From NCBI RefSeq assembly GCF_009914755.1, contig NC_060930.1: a DNA stretch of 64,000 nt; one strand, written 5' to 3'. Of this stretch, positions 29,993-44,862 are shown piece by piece; within the stretch, counting starts at the first letter, position 1; the number at the start of each line of letters is the position of its first letter. The position numbers and the translations under genes are program-made. The notes below the pieces were generated by a model. It was not told the origin of the DNA. It saw nothing but the letters and a program-made list of their open reading frames with translations, and did no database searches. Origin of the DNA: the human T2T-CHM13v2.0 reference genome, Homo sapiens.

Positions 29993-32059
29993 GATGCTCT
30001 TCTTGTTCTATGACTTACAAATACAGTGCTTCTCAAGGCTCCAAATGGCCTCAAGATGGGTGTCTCTGGGTCTACAATGGTCAGAAGACATTTTCTACTA
30101 TAAAGCTAACAGAGACTCTGCAGACATTTCTCCCCTTTTCTCCTGCATCATAGTTTTTGAAGTACTTCTTGGAAAGAAAATCGGCTGCACTAATATAGCT
30201 CTTAAAATAATTTATCTTTATCAATAAAACCTCAGGAAAATTAAACCATAAAGATATATTTCCAAAATGCACTATCGGTTTGAATGAAGTCCACAAAGGC
30301 TCCAAATCAAGAATGAAGCCTGGGGTGTGCGCCCTCTCCCTTCAGGAGGCTTTTCAACTCTTGGTAAAAGGATTCCAGATACAAATGGACTGCTGGCCTA
30401 GATTTGGATGTGGAAGAATGTAAATAGCTGTTGGCTTATTACAGTAGAAATCTCAAACCCTTATTGTTGCTTTCAGTCAGGTGGATTTTTTTTATGTGGC
30501 TCAGTTTTCTATAGTTGGTGATAGGAGAAATACCTTTTGTTTAGCCTAGCACAGTAAGTCGAGCTGCAGTCTCTCATCAGAATAGGGAGTGAAAAGATGG
30601 AACCCCAGGTGGTACAGACCTGAAGGTCCTTTCCTAATACAAAACTTAGGGCTTTACTGTTACAAAATATCAGAAAAGGCTAAGTGTTGACTTAAAAAAA
30701 AACGGTAAGGTCAAATCTACAGTGCTTTCCTGGGCAACATTCCTCAGTGCACCATTATTCCCTGTGTTCCTTGTAGCAAGGTGGACAGGTTCACTTATAA
30801 AGCATTTCAAGAGAATGAAATAGTAAATTATATTACGATTCCCAGAATTACAATTAGAAATTTGATAGGACTCTGTAGACTTTCTTCCCATATAATTCTA
30901 TGGCTAGCCAACACAAGGAAATTTGGAGAAGATTCCTATAAAACAGATATTAAGAAAGGAAATGTTACTTTTTTGCTACCATCTTTTGTGTGAGGGATCG
31001 TTTTATTAATATTAGTTAGATTAAAAAGTATATTTGCTATAAAAGATCCAAGGCTTTGAAGTCCCTTGGTTTACCACTGTCTCTCCTTTACCAATATCCC
31101 CAAAACTATTCTTTTTTTTAACAATTACTAACCACTTTTATTTCTGAAATGCAGAAAATAGTTTCACCTCCAAATCAATGCACAGTGCTTTGCACATACC
31201 AGATAATCTACAAAAACTGGTTGACATAAATGAGACAGAAATAGAAACCAAGCTTCAGAAACTCACTGAATGAAACTGACAAAAAGAAGTAACATCATTT
31301 ATTTATTCAAGAATAGAGGAGTTCTAGTTTTTGATGCAGGAATAACCCCTTTTCTTCTGAAACTCTGCTTGCCATCCAGGTGCATTCTTTGGAGTGAGAA
31401 AGGCAGAATTATTCATACTGTGGAATTTTATAAATTACAGCCCAGAAAAAAAAAAAAAACCAACCCGGATCCATTTCACTTCAAAGCCATACACTCTCAA
31501 GCCCCCTCATACATGTTAAATTTCTGAGTGTTGGGATATGTCATTCTTTGGCCTTCACAGGAAATTTGAGCAACCATACTGAACAATCAATATAAATCCT
31601 TTTTCTTTTCACAACATCCAAGCAATATTTTCCAACTTTGTTTTGAGTCACTCAAAGCAAGGTTTTTACAGTTTCTTTGATATGTACTTCTATTTAAAAA
31701 CTTTTGTATTTCTGCCTCAAAATCTAATTCCCTTCTGAAATACATTTCTAAAACTATGTTCTAATAATACCGATTATAAGAAAAAGCATGCAGAGATACA
31801 TGCAGACTTGAGAAATCGATGGCATTTGGAAGATAACTGGAACCATTCTTGTTGGAAGTGACTAGAGGAGTGTTGAATATATAAATCTAATCATTGATTC
31901 TAAATTAGTAATGACTGCAAGCCTCATTTTAAAAGACCTATATGCCAACATGTACTGAAGAATAGTGGAAAGGGCAATTTTTTAAAAAAAAGGGCCAACC
32001 AGCTGTGTAATTGTGTTGATACATGAATGCCTCTTCTTTGTAAATTTTTGAAACTTTTT

Positions 32060-32634
32060 CCTGGAATATTATCAAAGCTAATATAATAACTATATACCCA
32101 CTACCCAGAATTAATATCAACATTCTATCATGTTTGATTCAGATTTTCATTTTTGTGAAAGATCTAAAATCTACAGATAAAATTTCACACTTCTCTGAAC
32201 CCCTCCCCAACCTAATACCTTTCTATCTCCAGCATTAATCGCTGTCCTATATTAGCTGAGTATGCAATAAATATTTTAAGGTATTTGTAATCAATGTATA
32301 TTTAAAGATAATAAATAAATGCATATATACAGAATTATAGAGGTTTTTCAGTTTACAGAAATGTTATTAAAGTCTATGCAACTTTCTACAATTTGCTTTT
32401 TGTTTTTACTTTAACTTAAATGTTTTGAAATCTATCCATATATATTCAATATAGTCCATTCAATTTAACTGATGTATTATATCCTGAATAAATAACTGGT
32501 TTATCAATTTTTCTCCACGTGAGCATTTGAGCTTTTTTCTCTCTCTCTTACAAATAATACTATCATTTGCACAATTACATACCCTAGAATTCTCCAAGAC
32601 ATATATCCACAACTGGAATTGTCAGAACATGGTG
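32060..32634 (-). mobile_element. Old L1ME-like 3' region, host of the HSMAR2 insertion
   Basis: Degenerate antisense L1M 3' motifs ending at the TA target of HSMAR2. Confidence 0.5.
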
Positions 32635-32636
32635 TA

Positions 32637-33900
<1,264 letters not shown>

Positions 33901-33906
33901 ATTTTA

Positions 33907-34413
33907 AGATGCAGAAAAGGCCTTCGATAAAATTCAACATCCCCTCATGTTAAAAACTCTCAATAAACTAGGTATTGAAGGAACATACCTCAAAATAAGA
34001 GCCATGTATGACAAACCCACAGCCAATATCATACTGAATGGGGAAAATCTGAAAGGACCCCTGTTGAAAACCAGCACAAGATAAGGATGCCCTCTCTCAC
34101 CACTCCTATTTAACATAGTATTGGAAGTTCTGGCCAGGGCAATCAGTCAAGACAAATAAGTAAAGGGTATTCAAATAGGAAGAGAGGAAGTGAAATTATC
34201 TTTGTTTGCAGATGACATGATCCTAAATCTAGAAAACCCTCCCGTCTCAGCCCAAAAGCTTCTTAAGCTGATAAGCAACTTCAGCAAAGTCTCAGGATAC
34301 AAAATCAATGTGCAGAAATCACTAGCATTCGTATGCACCAACAACAGGCAAGCAGAAAGCCAAATCATGAATGAACTCCCATTCACAGCTGCTACAAAAA
34401 GAATAAAATATCT
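33907..34413 (+). mobile_element. L1PA ORF2 reverse-transcriptase fragment (left arm of composite)
   Basis: [12 protein letters not shown]...LFADDMIL...KRIKYL, then an abrupt stop at non-L1 sequence. Confidence 0.95.
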
Positions 34414-36068
34414 GTCAGCACTGCATCGATTTCTGCATCCGGCTCCGGACACTTCCAGTCTTAGCTGGGCCCTTTTGGGAGGGTGTACTACAGACCTTCA
34501 CATGTTGAACAGTAGGATTCAGCAGGGAATGAGTCCCACATCCTCCTTTCATCCATCCTTTCCCAACTCCTCTTCCACCTCCCACTGTTCTTAGGTCTAC
34601 TTTACTGCTCAATCTGGATTTGGTGGACTCTCCTCCCAAAAAAACATTAGAAGGAGATGCCTAGCACTGAAATTTTGTTCAAGAAGTGGAGGCTCCTGGA
34701 ATGGAGGGACTTTCTGAGTAAAAAGAAACAGCCCCCTTGCAAGTCACCTAAGTTGCACTCTGAACCTCCAGAAAAGGGGGAAACTCCTAGGGTGGATGGC
34801 ACTTGGAAGACCCCTCCCTTCCTAAAAAAGAAGAAGATCACTGCCTCCAGCAATGGGTCAGGACAGTCCCTGGACGAGAAAGCTGCAGTGTTTTGACTGA
34901 TTCCTGCCTATTTGAAGAAGGCCGATTCTGTTGCTGCTAAACTAGATTTGTTGGGGGAGATCTGGAGTGCCCTTCCAAAGATTAATAGCCACCCAACCCA
35001 CTCCCAGAAGAAGGGCTCCCGGAAGAAATCCTCTAAGAAGAATCATCCTCAGAAGAATGCACCACAGAACTCCACCCAAGCTCATTCTGAGAATAAATGC
35101 TCCAGAGCATCCCAGAAGTTGCCAAGGAAGATGATGGTGGCAATTGACTCTGAGATGGTGGGCACAGGACCCAAGGGGCATGTTAGTTTCTTGGCTCAAT
35201 GTAGCATTGTCAACTACAACGGAGATGTGCTTTATGATGAGTACATCCTTCCCCCCTGCCACACTGTGGACTACTGGACCAGATGGAGTGGTATCCAGAA
35301 GCAGCACATGGTGCATGCCACACCCTTCAAGATTGCTCGGGGCCAGATCTTGAAGATACTCACAGGGAAGATAGTGGTGGGGCATGCCATCCACGACGAC
35401 CTCAAAGCCCTTTAGTACTTTCACCCCAAGTCCCTCACCCGTGACACCACCCATATCCCCACCTCCTCAACTGGAATGATCCCATATCCCCCGACATGAC
35501 CACCCAGAGAATGCCACCATGTCTCTGAAGCATCTCTCCAAAAAGCTGCTAAACTGGGATATCCAGGTTAGGAAGAGCGGATATTCCTCTGTGGAAAATG
35601 CCCAGGCCACCAGGGAGCTGTACAAGTTGGGTGAAGTCCAGAATCCCCCTAAAGACTAGCAGCAGTGGGGACGCTGGTGATGTGGGGAGGCAGAGGCAGT
35701 GCCCAGGAGAAACAGGGCAGCAGAGCAATGGACAGCTCCACCAACTCCACATCTTTGGAAGCTAGAATTGTGGGGGGAGAGAAGCTCTACCCCAGGCTTA
35801 ATATCCACTGAAATTTCACCTCTGGTGTTGTGTCCTGTGTCTGGTTAAGTGTCCCATGGAAACAGGAAGCCTTCACATCAGAACACAGCCCTACACCATT
35901 TACTTCTAAATGGTGCTAGCCACAGGTGCCCCAGGGTGCTCTGTGCCAGTCAAGATTTTTAACTTTCAAGGGGCAGGGCATGCTAGGAAATGTAGTTTCC
36001 CAAATTGCCTTATCACTTGGGTGGACATATGTCTCTTTTTATGCCTTTTGGTCTTGAATAATTAACAG
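34414..36068 (+). pseudogene. ISG20L2: Processed pseudogene of ISG20L2 (interferon-stimulated exonuclease gene 20-like 2, DEDDh 3'-5' exonuclease); CDS relic 34593-35659 plus UTR-like flanks
   Basis: Translation matches ISG20L2: [53 protein letters not shown]. It is intronless. ATG is changed to AGG at 34593, stops occur at 34662, 34668, 34894 and 35413, there is a frameshift near 34680 and a 7-codon deletion near 35637. Confidence 0.95.
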
Positions 36069-36850
36069 CTAAAGTAATTGCAACAAAAAGAAAATTTACA
36101 AATGGGATCGAATTAAACTAAAGAGCTTCTGCACAGCAAAATAAACTATCATCAGAGTGAATAGACAACCTCCAGAATGGGAGAGAATTTTTGCAATCTA
36201 TCCATCTGACAAAGGTCTAATATCCAGAGTCTACAAGGAACTTAAGCAAATTAACAGGAAAAAAAAAAAACATTAAAAAGTGGTCAAAGGATATGAACAG
36301 ACACTTCTCAAAAGAAGACATTCATGTGGCCAACAAACATCTGAGAAAAAGCTGAACATCACTGATCATTAGAGAAATGCAAACCAAAACCACAGTGAGA
36401 TACCATCTCACACAAGTCAGAATGGCGATTATTAAAAAGTCAAGAAACAACAGATGCTGGTAAGGATGCAGAGAAAAAGGAAATGCTTTTACATTGTTGG
36501 TGGGAATGTAAATCAGTTCAACCATTTTGGAAGATGGTATGGCAATTCCTTAAAGATCTACAAACAGAAATATCATTTGACCCAACAATCCCATTACTGT
36601 GTACATACCCAAAGGAATATAAATCATTCTATTATAAAGATACATGCACATCTATGTTCATTGCAGCACTATTCACAATAGCAAAGACATTTTATCAACC
36701 CGAATGCCCATCAATGATAGGCTGGGTAAAGAAAATGCGGTACTTATACATCATGGAATACTATGCAGCCATAAAAAGGAATGAGATCATGTCCTTTGCA
36801 GAAACATGGATGGAGCTGGAAGCCATTATCCTTAGCAAACTAACACAGGA
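36069..36850 (+). mobile_element. L1PA ORF2 C-terminal fragment (right arm of composite), no 3' UTR or poly(A)
   Basis: [14 protein letters not shown]...LLHCWWECK...MELEAIILSKLTQ, then an abrupt end. Confidence 0.95.
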
Positions 36851-38330
36851 TTCATTTTTCTATTGAGCTCTTTAAGATTTGCAACATATAGTAATATTTT
36901 TGTGTCTAGTGATTATTGATCTGCGTTGTATATTGCAAATGTCTTCCATAGTTCATCTTTTAACTTAATGTCTTTTTTTTCAGCAGAAGGTTTTAAACTT
37001 TATAAAACATCAAAGTTTGTCTTTCTTTATAACTTCTTGCTCTGTCTGACTTAAGAAATCCTTTCCACCCTGTGGCCATACATATACCAAATATATTTTA
37101 TTCTAACATTTTGAATGTTTAAGACTCTAATGCATATCTAGGACTTTTTAAAATTGTATAAATGTATCCATTTACATAAATTGAATTTCATAAATGACAT
37201 TAAATTTATTTGTAAATATTATAAATTAAATATTACCTATTAATGTAGTTTACATGAAATAATATATTTTTGAACATTTGGAATTTTAATGTATATTACA
37301 GTATTTAATGTATATTTAGAACACATATATTTTATACAATTTTTTCTTTCTTTATAAGTTCTGAAGGTGTCTGGTTTAAGAGATCCTTCCCTATCCTGTG
37401 GTTATGATATTTTACTATATTTTATTCTAATTTTTGTGTTATTTTATTTTTTGTTATGGAAAATCAAATAGATTGAACTCGGTGTTTGAAATGGGCTATG
37501 GTCCCATGCAGGCTTAGGTCTAGCTAAGTGCTCTCTAGCTGCTCTATTTATTCTCAGACAAATATATTTATGTAGATTTATTAGCAGACTGGCTCTGGCA
37601 CAATATTAGGGCAGAAATACTTATCATGCTGCTAGATTTAATAGGAATGCTTCTGAAGTTTCTTCCATTAAATACCACACCATAGTTTCCTGAACATCTC
37701 CTTCTAGTCCTAATTTGCAAAAGATTTTATCATAAATACATGCCGAATTGTATTGATTGTTGCTTATTCTACAACTGTAGGAATTGATTATGCTTTTCTT
37801 TATTCTGTAAATGTGGTGGATTAGATTTATAAATTTTTGTGAATGTCAGCCAGCCTTCTATTCCTAGGATAAGTCCCATTTTACTTCTTATTTATTCATT
37901 TATTTTAAATGTCTACATTTTGCTATTTATGATTTTTTACATGTACATTCATACATAAAATTAGACTATCTTATTTTCATGTATTATAATAAATTATGTC
38001 ACTAAGTTTATACTAAGCTAATAAAATAAGCTATATCTCTCTTCATATTTTTCCCTTTTCTAAAACAGGAAATATCTACTTAGTAAAATTTCAGCAAAAT
38101 TCACTTATAAAACATTCTGAACCAGGACTCTTTTTTTTATGGGGGAGATTCTTGACTAGGAAATTAATTTCTTCACTTTTAATTGCTTCATTCAGAGATT
38201 TAAAAATTTCTTCTTGAGTTAGTTCAGGTAATAATGTATATATTTATTTTTTAAGTGACCATGTATCCAAGCTTTCAAATCTGTTCATAAGTTTATGTTA
38301 TGTGTTTCTAGTACTCTCATGATTTGCATA
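36851..38330 (-). mobile_element. Old L1M (L1ME-like) fragments, AT-rich
   Basis: Degenerate antisense ORF2 motifs such as ttccattaaata, ccttctattcctaggataagtccc and aaattcacttataaaacattctgaaccagga. Confidence 0.6.
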
Positions 38331-38949
38331 CTGTCTTATCTAATTGGACTCTTTTCAGTCAGGAAAGACAAATGTAGGCTAGACTTTTCATTAAGTCATT
38401 ATTCCATCTAATCAATCATTGAATCATCAAACATGCATTGATTTTGAAAGGTACAGCGAAAACAACTGATACAACCCTCCAAGGCTAGGAATCAAAATTT
38501 GATGAGTTTAAGTAGAGTTTGTTATGTTTTAATGAACAATATTTATCTTTTTTGGTTGTCGGTCTTTGTTATATCACAATCTATGTATTATCTGCTTGCA
38601 CAATATTGTATAAATATAAGCTTTGATAAGCAAACATTTCAATAAACATTCTTAATTGTAGGGGGAAAAAATCACTGGGTAGAAAAAATGTGATACTTTC
38701 TTTTATTTTCCAATACCATTAGTCATGAAGAAATAACCAAGGGACCACCTCCAACTGGAGGAAGCTGTGATAATTCCAGGACATAGAAAGCAATACCTTT
38801 TGGAATAGCAATATCTAAATTCTAAGCCTATAATACAAAGTGAATAAAGGTCATCGATAATTACTTTTCAAAAGCTCAGAAAACAAGCAACTGTTTTACA
38901 AATTAAACAGAGCACCCAAAATTGAAATTATTGAGTTGACTTTTGTTTT

Positions 38950-39582
<633 letters not shown>

Positions 39583-39714
39583 TAAAGCAACATTTTCTAA
39601 AGAAGTGACTTGCAGACAATGATTCCTCAAGAAATTCTGCAAGGGAAGTGGAGGGCAGGCTGTTTCAATCAAAATATATAGAAAAGACTGCTCACAATTC
39701 CCTACTCTTAGAGA

Positions 39715-39878
39715 TTTAAAATGCAAATAAACATAACGTTTTGAGAAATTTTGCAATAAAGATACCTGTTAATCTTTGTTTAACCCAATGTTTCAATGTT
39801 ACTTAATCACAGACCCACTTTATTTTCCATGCAGCATCTATTTGGGGTCATGGAATGTGCTTTGAGAAACACTACTGG
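39715..39878. mobile_element. MER103-like hAT fragment
   Basis: ctttgtttaacccaatgtttc...tgctttgagaaacact. Confidence 0.5.
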
Positions 39879-41782
39879 AGTGGCATTTCCTAGAACTTTA
39901 GAACATAAAACAGAAAACACACATAGGAATCAATGTGATAACTTACAGATAGGTTCATAATTAATATAGAGAGAACAACCAAAGTTCAAAGCACTAGCCC
40001 TTAATAGTAGTGAAATTACACGACTCTCTCAAAAAAAACAGAGTTAAAATTCTCATCCATTTGCATATCCAAAGTGCCGCTTTCCAAAAACATAGTGTGG
40101 CTAATGCCCTATTAATGAAAGAGAAGAATCATAAAAGCTTTTTTCTCTTTCAGTTCCACACATACACGCTTTGGAGTGGGGTACGAGGGGTGCAACATTA
40201 TTCTTTCTTTAGACCACAAAAAGGCTACAGTATTAAACCATCCCTAAAACTGGCCACATTTAAAATCCATTAATATAACCAAATTCCTGTATGTATCTCT
40301 GTCAATATGGGTCTCCTTTTTTATTGAATTTTCTTAGGGCAATTAACTAGAGCACTCTAACTAAATAGACTTGTATTTATTTAAGTACTGCTAGAGATAT
40401 GAAAAAAAAAAATTTTGAAACCACACATACAGTCTCTTGCCAGGATCTAGGGAATGCTGACCTGTCTGAATGTCTCTTTTCTTTCTCTTGATCATCTATC
40501 TTTAGACTCAGGAGGACCAAAAGTAACTGAATAAACATTATCTTGTCCTTGGCCTTCACCAAGCAAAATTGTTTATATCTGAGACCATTTCCCTTTAGAG
40601 TCTGAGATCATTATTTTAAAGTAGATTGTCAAATGCTCCACAGTTGATCTCAGTTCAGCTCTGCCATTTGCTGCTCTGTGAACCAAGTCCAGGGCATGAC
40701 ATTAAGCCTGTGACTATATAACATGAGAAAAATGTTTTAAGACAGAATAAAACATCACATACAGTTTCTGGCAGTGAATCTTAACAATTGAAATATCGTT
40801 GTCCAAGGAAACACTTCAAGATACTGTTACAGAAAAATGACAACCATGCCTACCCCATAGGCAGTTGTGAGAATTTAATGAGATGATGGATGTGAATGAG
40901 CACAGTGCAATAACATGCACAGATTTTCAATAAATGGTTTGAATCACAATGTAATGAAATGTATTTAATCCAATTCAGTATGTGCATTTCAGGAAATAGT
41001 GTGTCTACCTGCCTGCATGTTCTCGCAATTGTGCACTGCCTAATTTTTATCTTTCTCCATGTTTATACTCCATCCTACAATCTGGGTCAGTCTTATATAT
41101 AATTAGGAAAAGAAGATGCCTGTATAATGTTGCCTGATGCATACAAAACAAAGTCCCCAATTCTGAAACCTCTCCTTTTTAATGTGATGTAGTAAAATTT
41201 AAATGTTAGTATCCACATCTTAAGAGAGCATTATACTATATAAAATGTGTGCCATATATTATCTCATATAATCTCTTCAATCACTACTAGTTAGGCAGGT
41301 CAAGTCCTTTGTACCCATTGTTCAGATGAGTGACATAAGACTTAAAGAGGTTGTATCCAGGCTGAACAGCCCCCCAGCCACCAAACCAACCTCCAGAATG
41401 GCAGCATAAAGAAGGTTGGTCCAGTGCGTACTCCTCATTCAGTCTTTGGGTCTGAACAGTTCTTCCCAGTCTGTTCCCCTCATCTGAATCCATCTTGTTT
41501 CTGACACTTCAGGCTGTCAATTGGCTCCTCATTTCTTCACTTTTATCCTCTTGAGAATCTCCAGTTTTATGCTTGGCACTACTTCTGGATCGCCACTCAA
41601 GTTACACAGCCTCATCTACTGTTCTCACTTACTCTGGGGCCCTGAATACTCTGCATTTGGTCTCCCTGCCCTAAGTGTCCATCTTCCTCCCAAGACGGAG
41701 CTTCCAATGAGGTTTGCGGGCATTGAGCAAGAAGCAGGTATGTGGCACATTGAGTATCTGCCCCAACATGGTCTGTCTTTTC

Positions 41783-42344
41783 TGTAGCAAAATCGGAACT
41801 GATAACTGAAACCAGCATACTTTCCAGTGTTAAACAATTCTGAGACAAAACCAGCTTTCCTGTTCCTGCGTGAAACAATTCCAAGACCAAACATAATTTC
41901 CAGTTTCCTAATTTCCTAAACAATTTCCAATTTTTAAATTTTTAAACAAAAATGGGACTAGGCAAAAACAACAGCTCTTTGCTCCAGGAAATACTTGCTC
42001 CTGGTTGGTAAGTGTAAACGAATTAAACTGATTTTAACTTCTGAAGCTAACAGTTGACACACAATGCTTGCTTCAAGACACCTAGCCTTGCCTATGCCCA
42101 CCAGTCCAAAGCCATTTGTCAGAAATTCTGTCCAGCTCCACCAGTAAGTTACCAACCTTACAAAATCCACTTAAAAGTACCCAGCCCAGGCCCCCCAAAT
42201 CCCTAGAAATAGCCTCCCCTGACTTGCTCCTACTGAGACATTGTAAAGTCACTATCTTAGTGTCTTCCCTTACTGCAACAAGTCTAATAAACTTACTTTT
42301 GCTTGATCAACACGTTTTTCTCGTGATCTTTTTCACAGTCAACA
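41783..42344 (+). mobile_element. ERV1-class solo LTR (MER67/MER31-like)
   Basis: TG...CA termini. U5-like end cccttactgcaacaagtctaataaacttacttttgcttgatcaaca...gtcaaca with AATAAA. No clear TSD. Confidence 0.6.
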
Positions 42345-42559
42345 AACACAAAGTGACCCCAACATCAGTGTTTATCTTCTAAATTACCTGATTCTTTGTC
42401 ATAGGATTTTTTTATATGCATGGATCAGAGTTCTCCTTTAAAATGTGAGATTTATTTGTTGCCACTAACATTTAGTTCAAGTATATTTATGTACAGCACA
42501 TACTCCACTGAATGGCACATGACACAGTTTATATTAATAATAGCACCAACAACAATAGC

Positions 42560-42770
42560 AACTATCTTTACTATCTTTTATGCATCTTTCAAGCTCCAGA
42601 CATTTTATATACATTATTACATTTGTTTCAACCATCATGTCAGCAAGACAAATTATATACTCCATTTCACATGAGGAAACTGAGGTTCTAAGAGATTAAA
42701 TAACTCTCCTAAACTCACACAACTAGCAAGATTCAAATCCAGGCAACCTGCCTGCATAACCCAAGTTCAT
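42560..42770 (-). mobile_element. MIR
   Basis: ccatttcacatgaggaaactgaggttctaagagattaaataact...gattcaaatccaggca. Confidence 0.8.
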
Positions 42771-42974
42771 GAATGTACAGAACTGTTTAGAATTTTTAAA
42801 TAGTTCTGATCTCAAAAAACACTATGTTTCTACTAAGCAAAATATCCTAAATGAGTGAAAATGACAGAAAAGATATAGGACTTCCGGAAGGAGAACAGGG
42901 TAAAATTTGTTTTGTGGGGGTTGAGTGGTGTGCCTGTGAGGGAAGGACAAAGGCCGAATTGCATGCTGATCAGC

Positions 42975-43320
42975 CAAGGAGTAAATTTGGCAACGATGTA
43001 GAGAAATAAGACTTTTATACTTTGCTGGTGGTATTGTAAATTGGTACAATCTCTATAGAGAGTTCTTTGGCAACATCCAGCAAAATCACACACGTAAACA
43101 CACACATACTTGCTTGTATTCACATAAAACATGTCTACAAAGATAGACAAGAAACTGACCAGATGAGTTATCTCTGTGAAGGGTGCTTGGAGCCTGGGGA
43201 AAAGAGTTATGAAGGAAACGTTTTCCCTGTGTAACTTTCATATGTCTTGAATATTAAACCATGTGAATGTTTTCCTTATTGAGGATATAAATGTAATTTT
43301 AAAGTAATAAACAGAATAGA
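42975..43320 (+). mobile_element. Old L1ME-like 3' fragment
   Basis: tgctggtggtattgtaaattggtacaat...ttggcaacatccagcaaaat. Confidence 0.55.
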
Positions 43321-44289
43321 TGTTTTTTAAAGAGACCTCTAATCCTGCTAGTTTAGAATCAAAAGTAACTGGTGGTATTATACCCACACTCCCCAATTGC
43401 TTAGCCCTATTCCCAAACATCTGCTGGCACGTATTTTATAGATAAATTTCTGGTAAATATAAAATATTATAATTTCATTAATCTGAAAATGTTAGTAAAT
43501 CTCAGAACTCTGATGCATACGTATGTTTTACCTAATAGTCTATTCAATGTTTATTTTGATTTCAGTATTTTAAAGAAATATTTTTATACCCCACCTTCCC
43601 AGATTCCTTCAAGATTTACAAAGAGCATGAACAAAAAGCATAGGGAAGGAATATGTCTTCTTCTGCCTGCAGTAGAGCTTGTTTTACTTAAATGGTGAGC
43701 CTGTTTTACTTCGGATAGGAACCTTCATTTCATCTGGGATTCAAATTGCTTTTGAAGTGAAGGGAAGTAATTTGCAAAGCCTGCAGAGCCTCTACATTTT
43801 TATGAATACATGTAAGAGGATGACTCAACTTCAGGGAAAGGTGGAGCAGAATTGTCTCCTTCAGTTCTGAGCTCCTTGTGTGGGAGGCAGCCACTGGGAG
43901 GGCATGTACACATGACTACTTAACTTCTTCCTTAATCTGGGAGAGGCCATGGAGGAACTGGATGAGTGAGAAGAGACGTCTACACTTGCTCTTGGATGTT
44001 GGCACATGCCCTGTAACCACTGAACCAGTGCTTTGGAGTAGAAGGAGGCACAAGAGTGCTACTGAGCAACTCCTGAATGCCCACCCTGCTGCTGCCATTC
44101 AGGGGCCATGGCCACACCAGAAGAGAAAGCACAGGGTGAGACCCCAAAGCTGAGGGACCTCTGACACATAGGACCTGAGATTCTTTGTGGGGAGAGCACA
44201 TTTCCCTAACTCAAAGGCCACAGCCCTAGAAAAATAGGCCATCATGGAAAGCCTTACATTACCCACTTTACAGTATTAGTGCAATCTTC

Positions 44290-44500
44290 AATGTCATTAC
44301 TCCCTATTATTGTGTGTCTCTATGTGCCAACCACAACAGTGGGCATTTTGCATACATTTGCTCTAATTGTCACAATGACCCTAGAGGGTAAGCATAATCT
44401 CTAATTTTCAAAATGAAGAAACTGAGGTGCCGAAAAAATAGGTGACCTACCAAGATCATGTGTTAGAAGTGAATGAGAACTCAGGGCATTCTGACTCTTT
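44290..44500 (-). mobile_element. MIR
   Basis: attttcaaaatgaagaaactgagg...gtgacctaccaagatca. Confidence 0.7.
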
Positions 44501-44534
44501 ATACAACAGGACCTCTTTATAAATACTCAGGTTG

Positions 44535-44862
<328 letters not shown>

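Noticed and set aside
34190-34594. Chimeric ORF joining L1 RT (FADD) to ISG20L2 upstream sequence
   Set aside because: It starts at GTG, covers only part of RT and reads into UTR-like sequence. It is a by-product of the junction.
34942-35454. 170-aa antisense ORF
   Set aside because: Shadow frame of the ISG20L2 coding relic.
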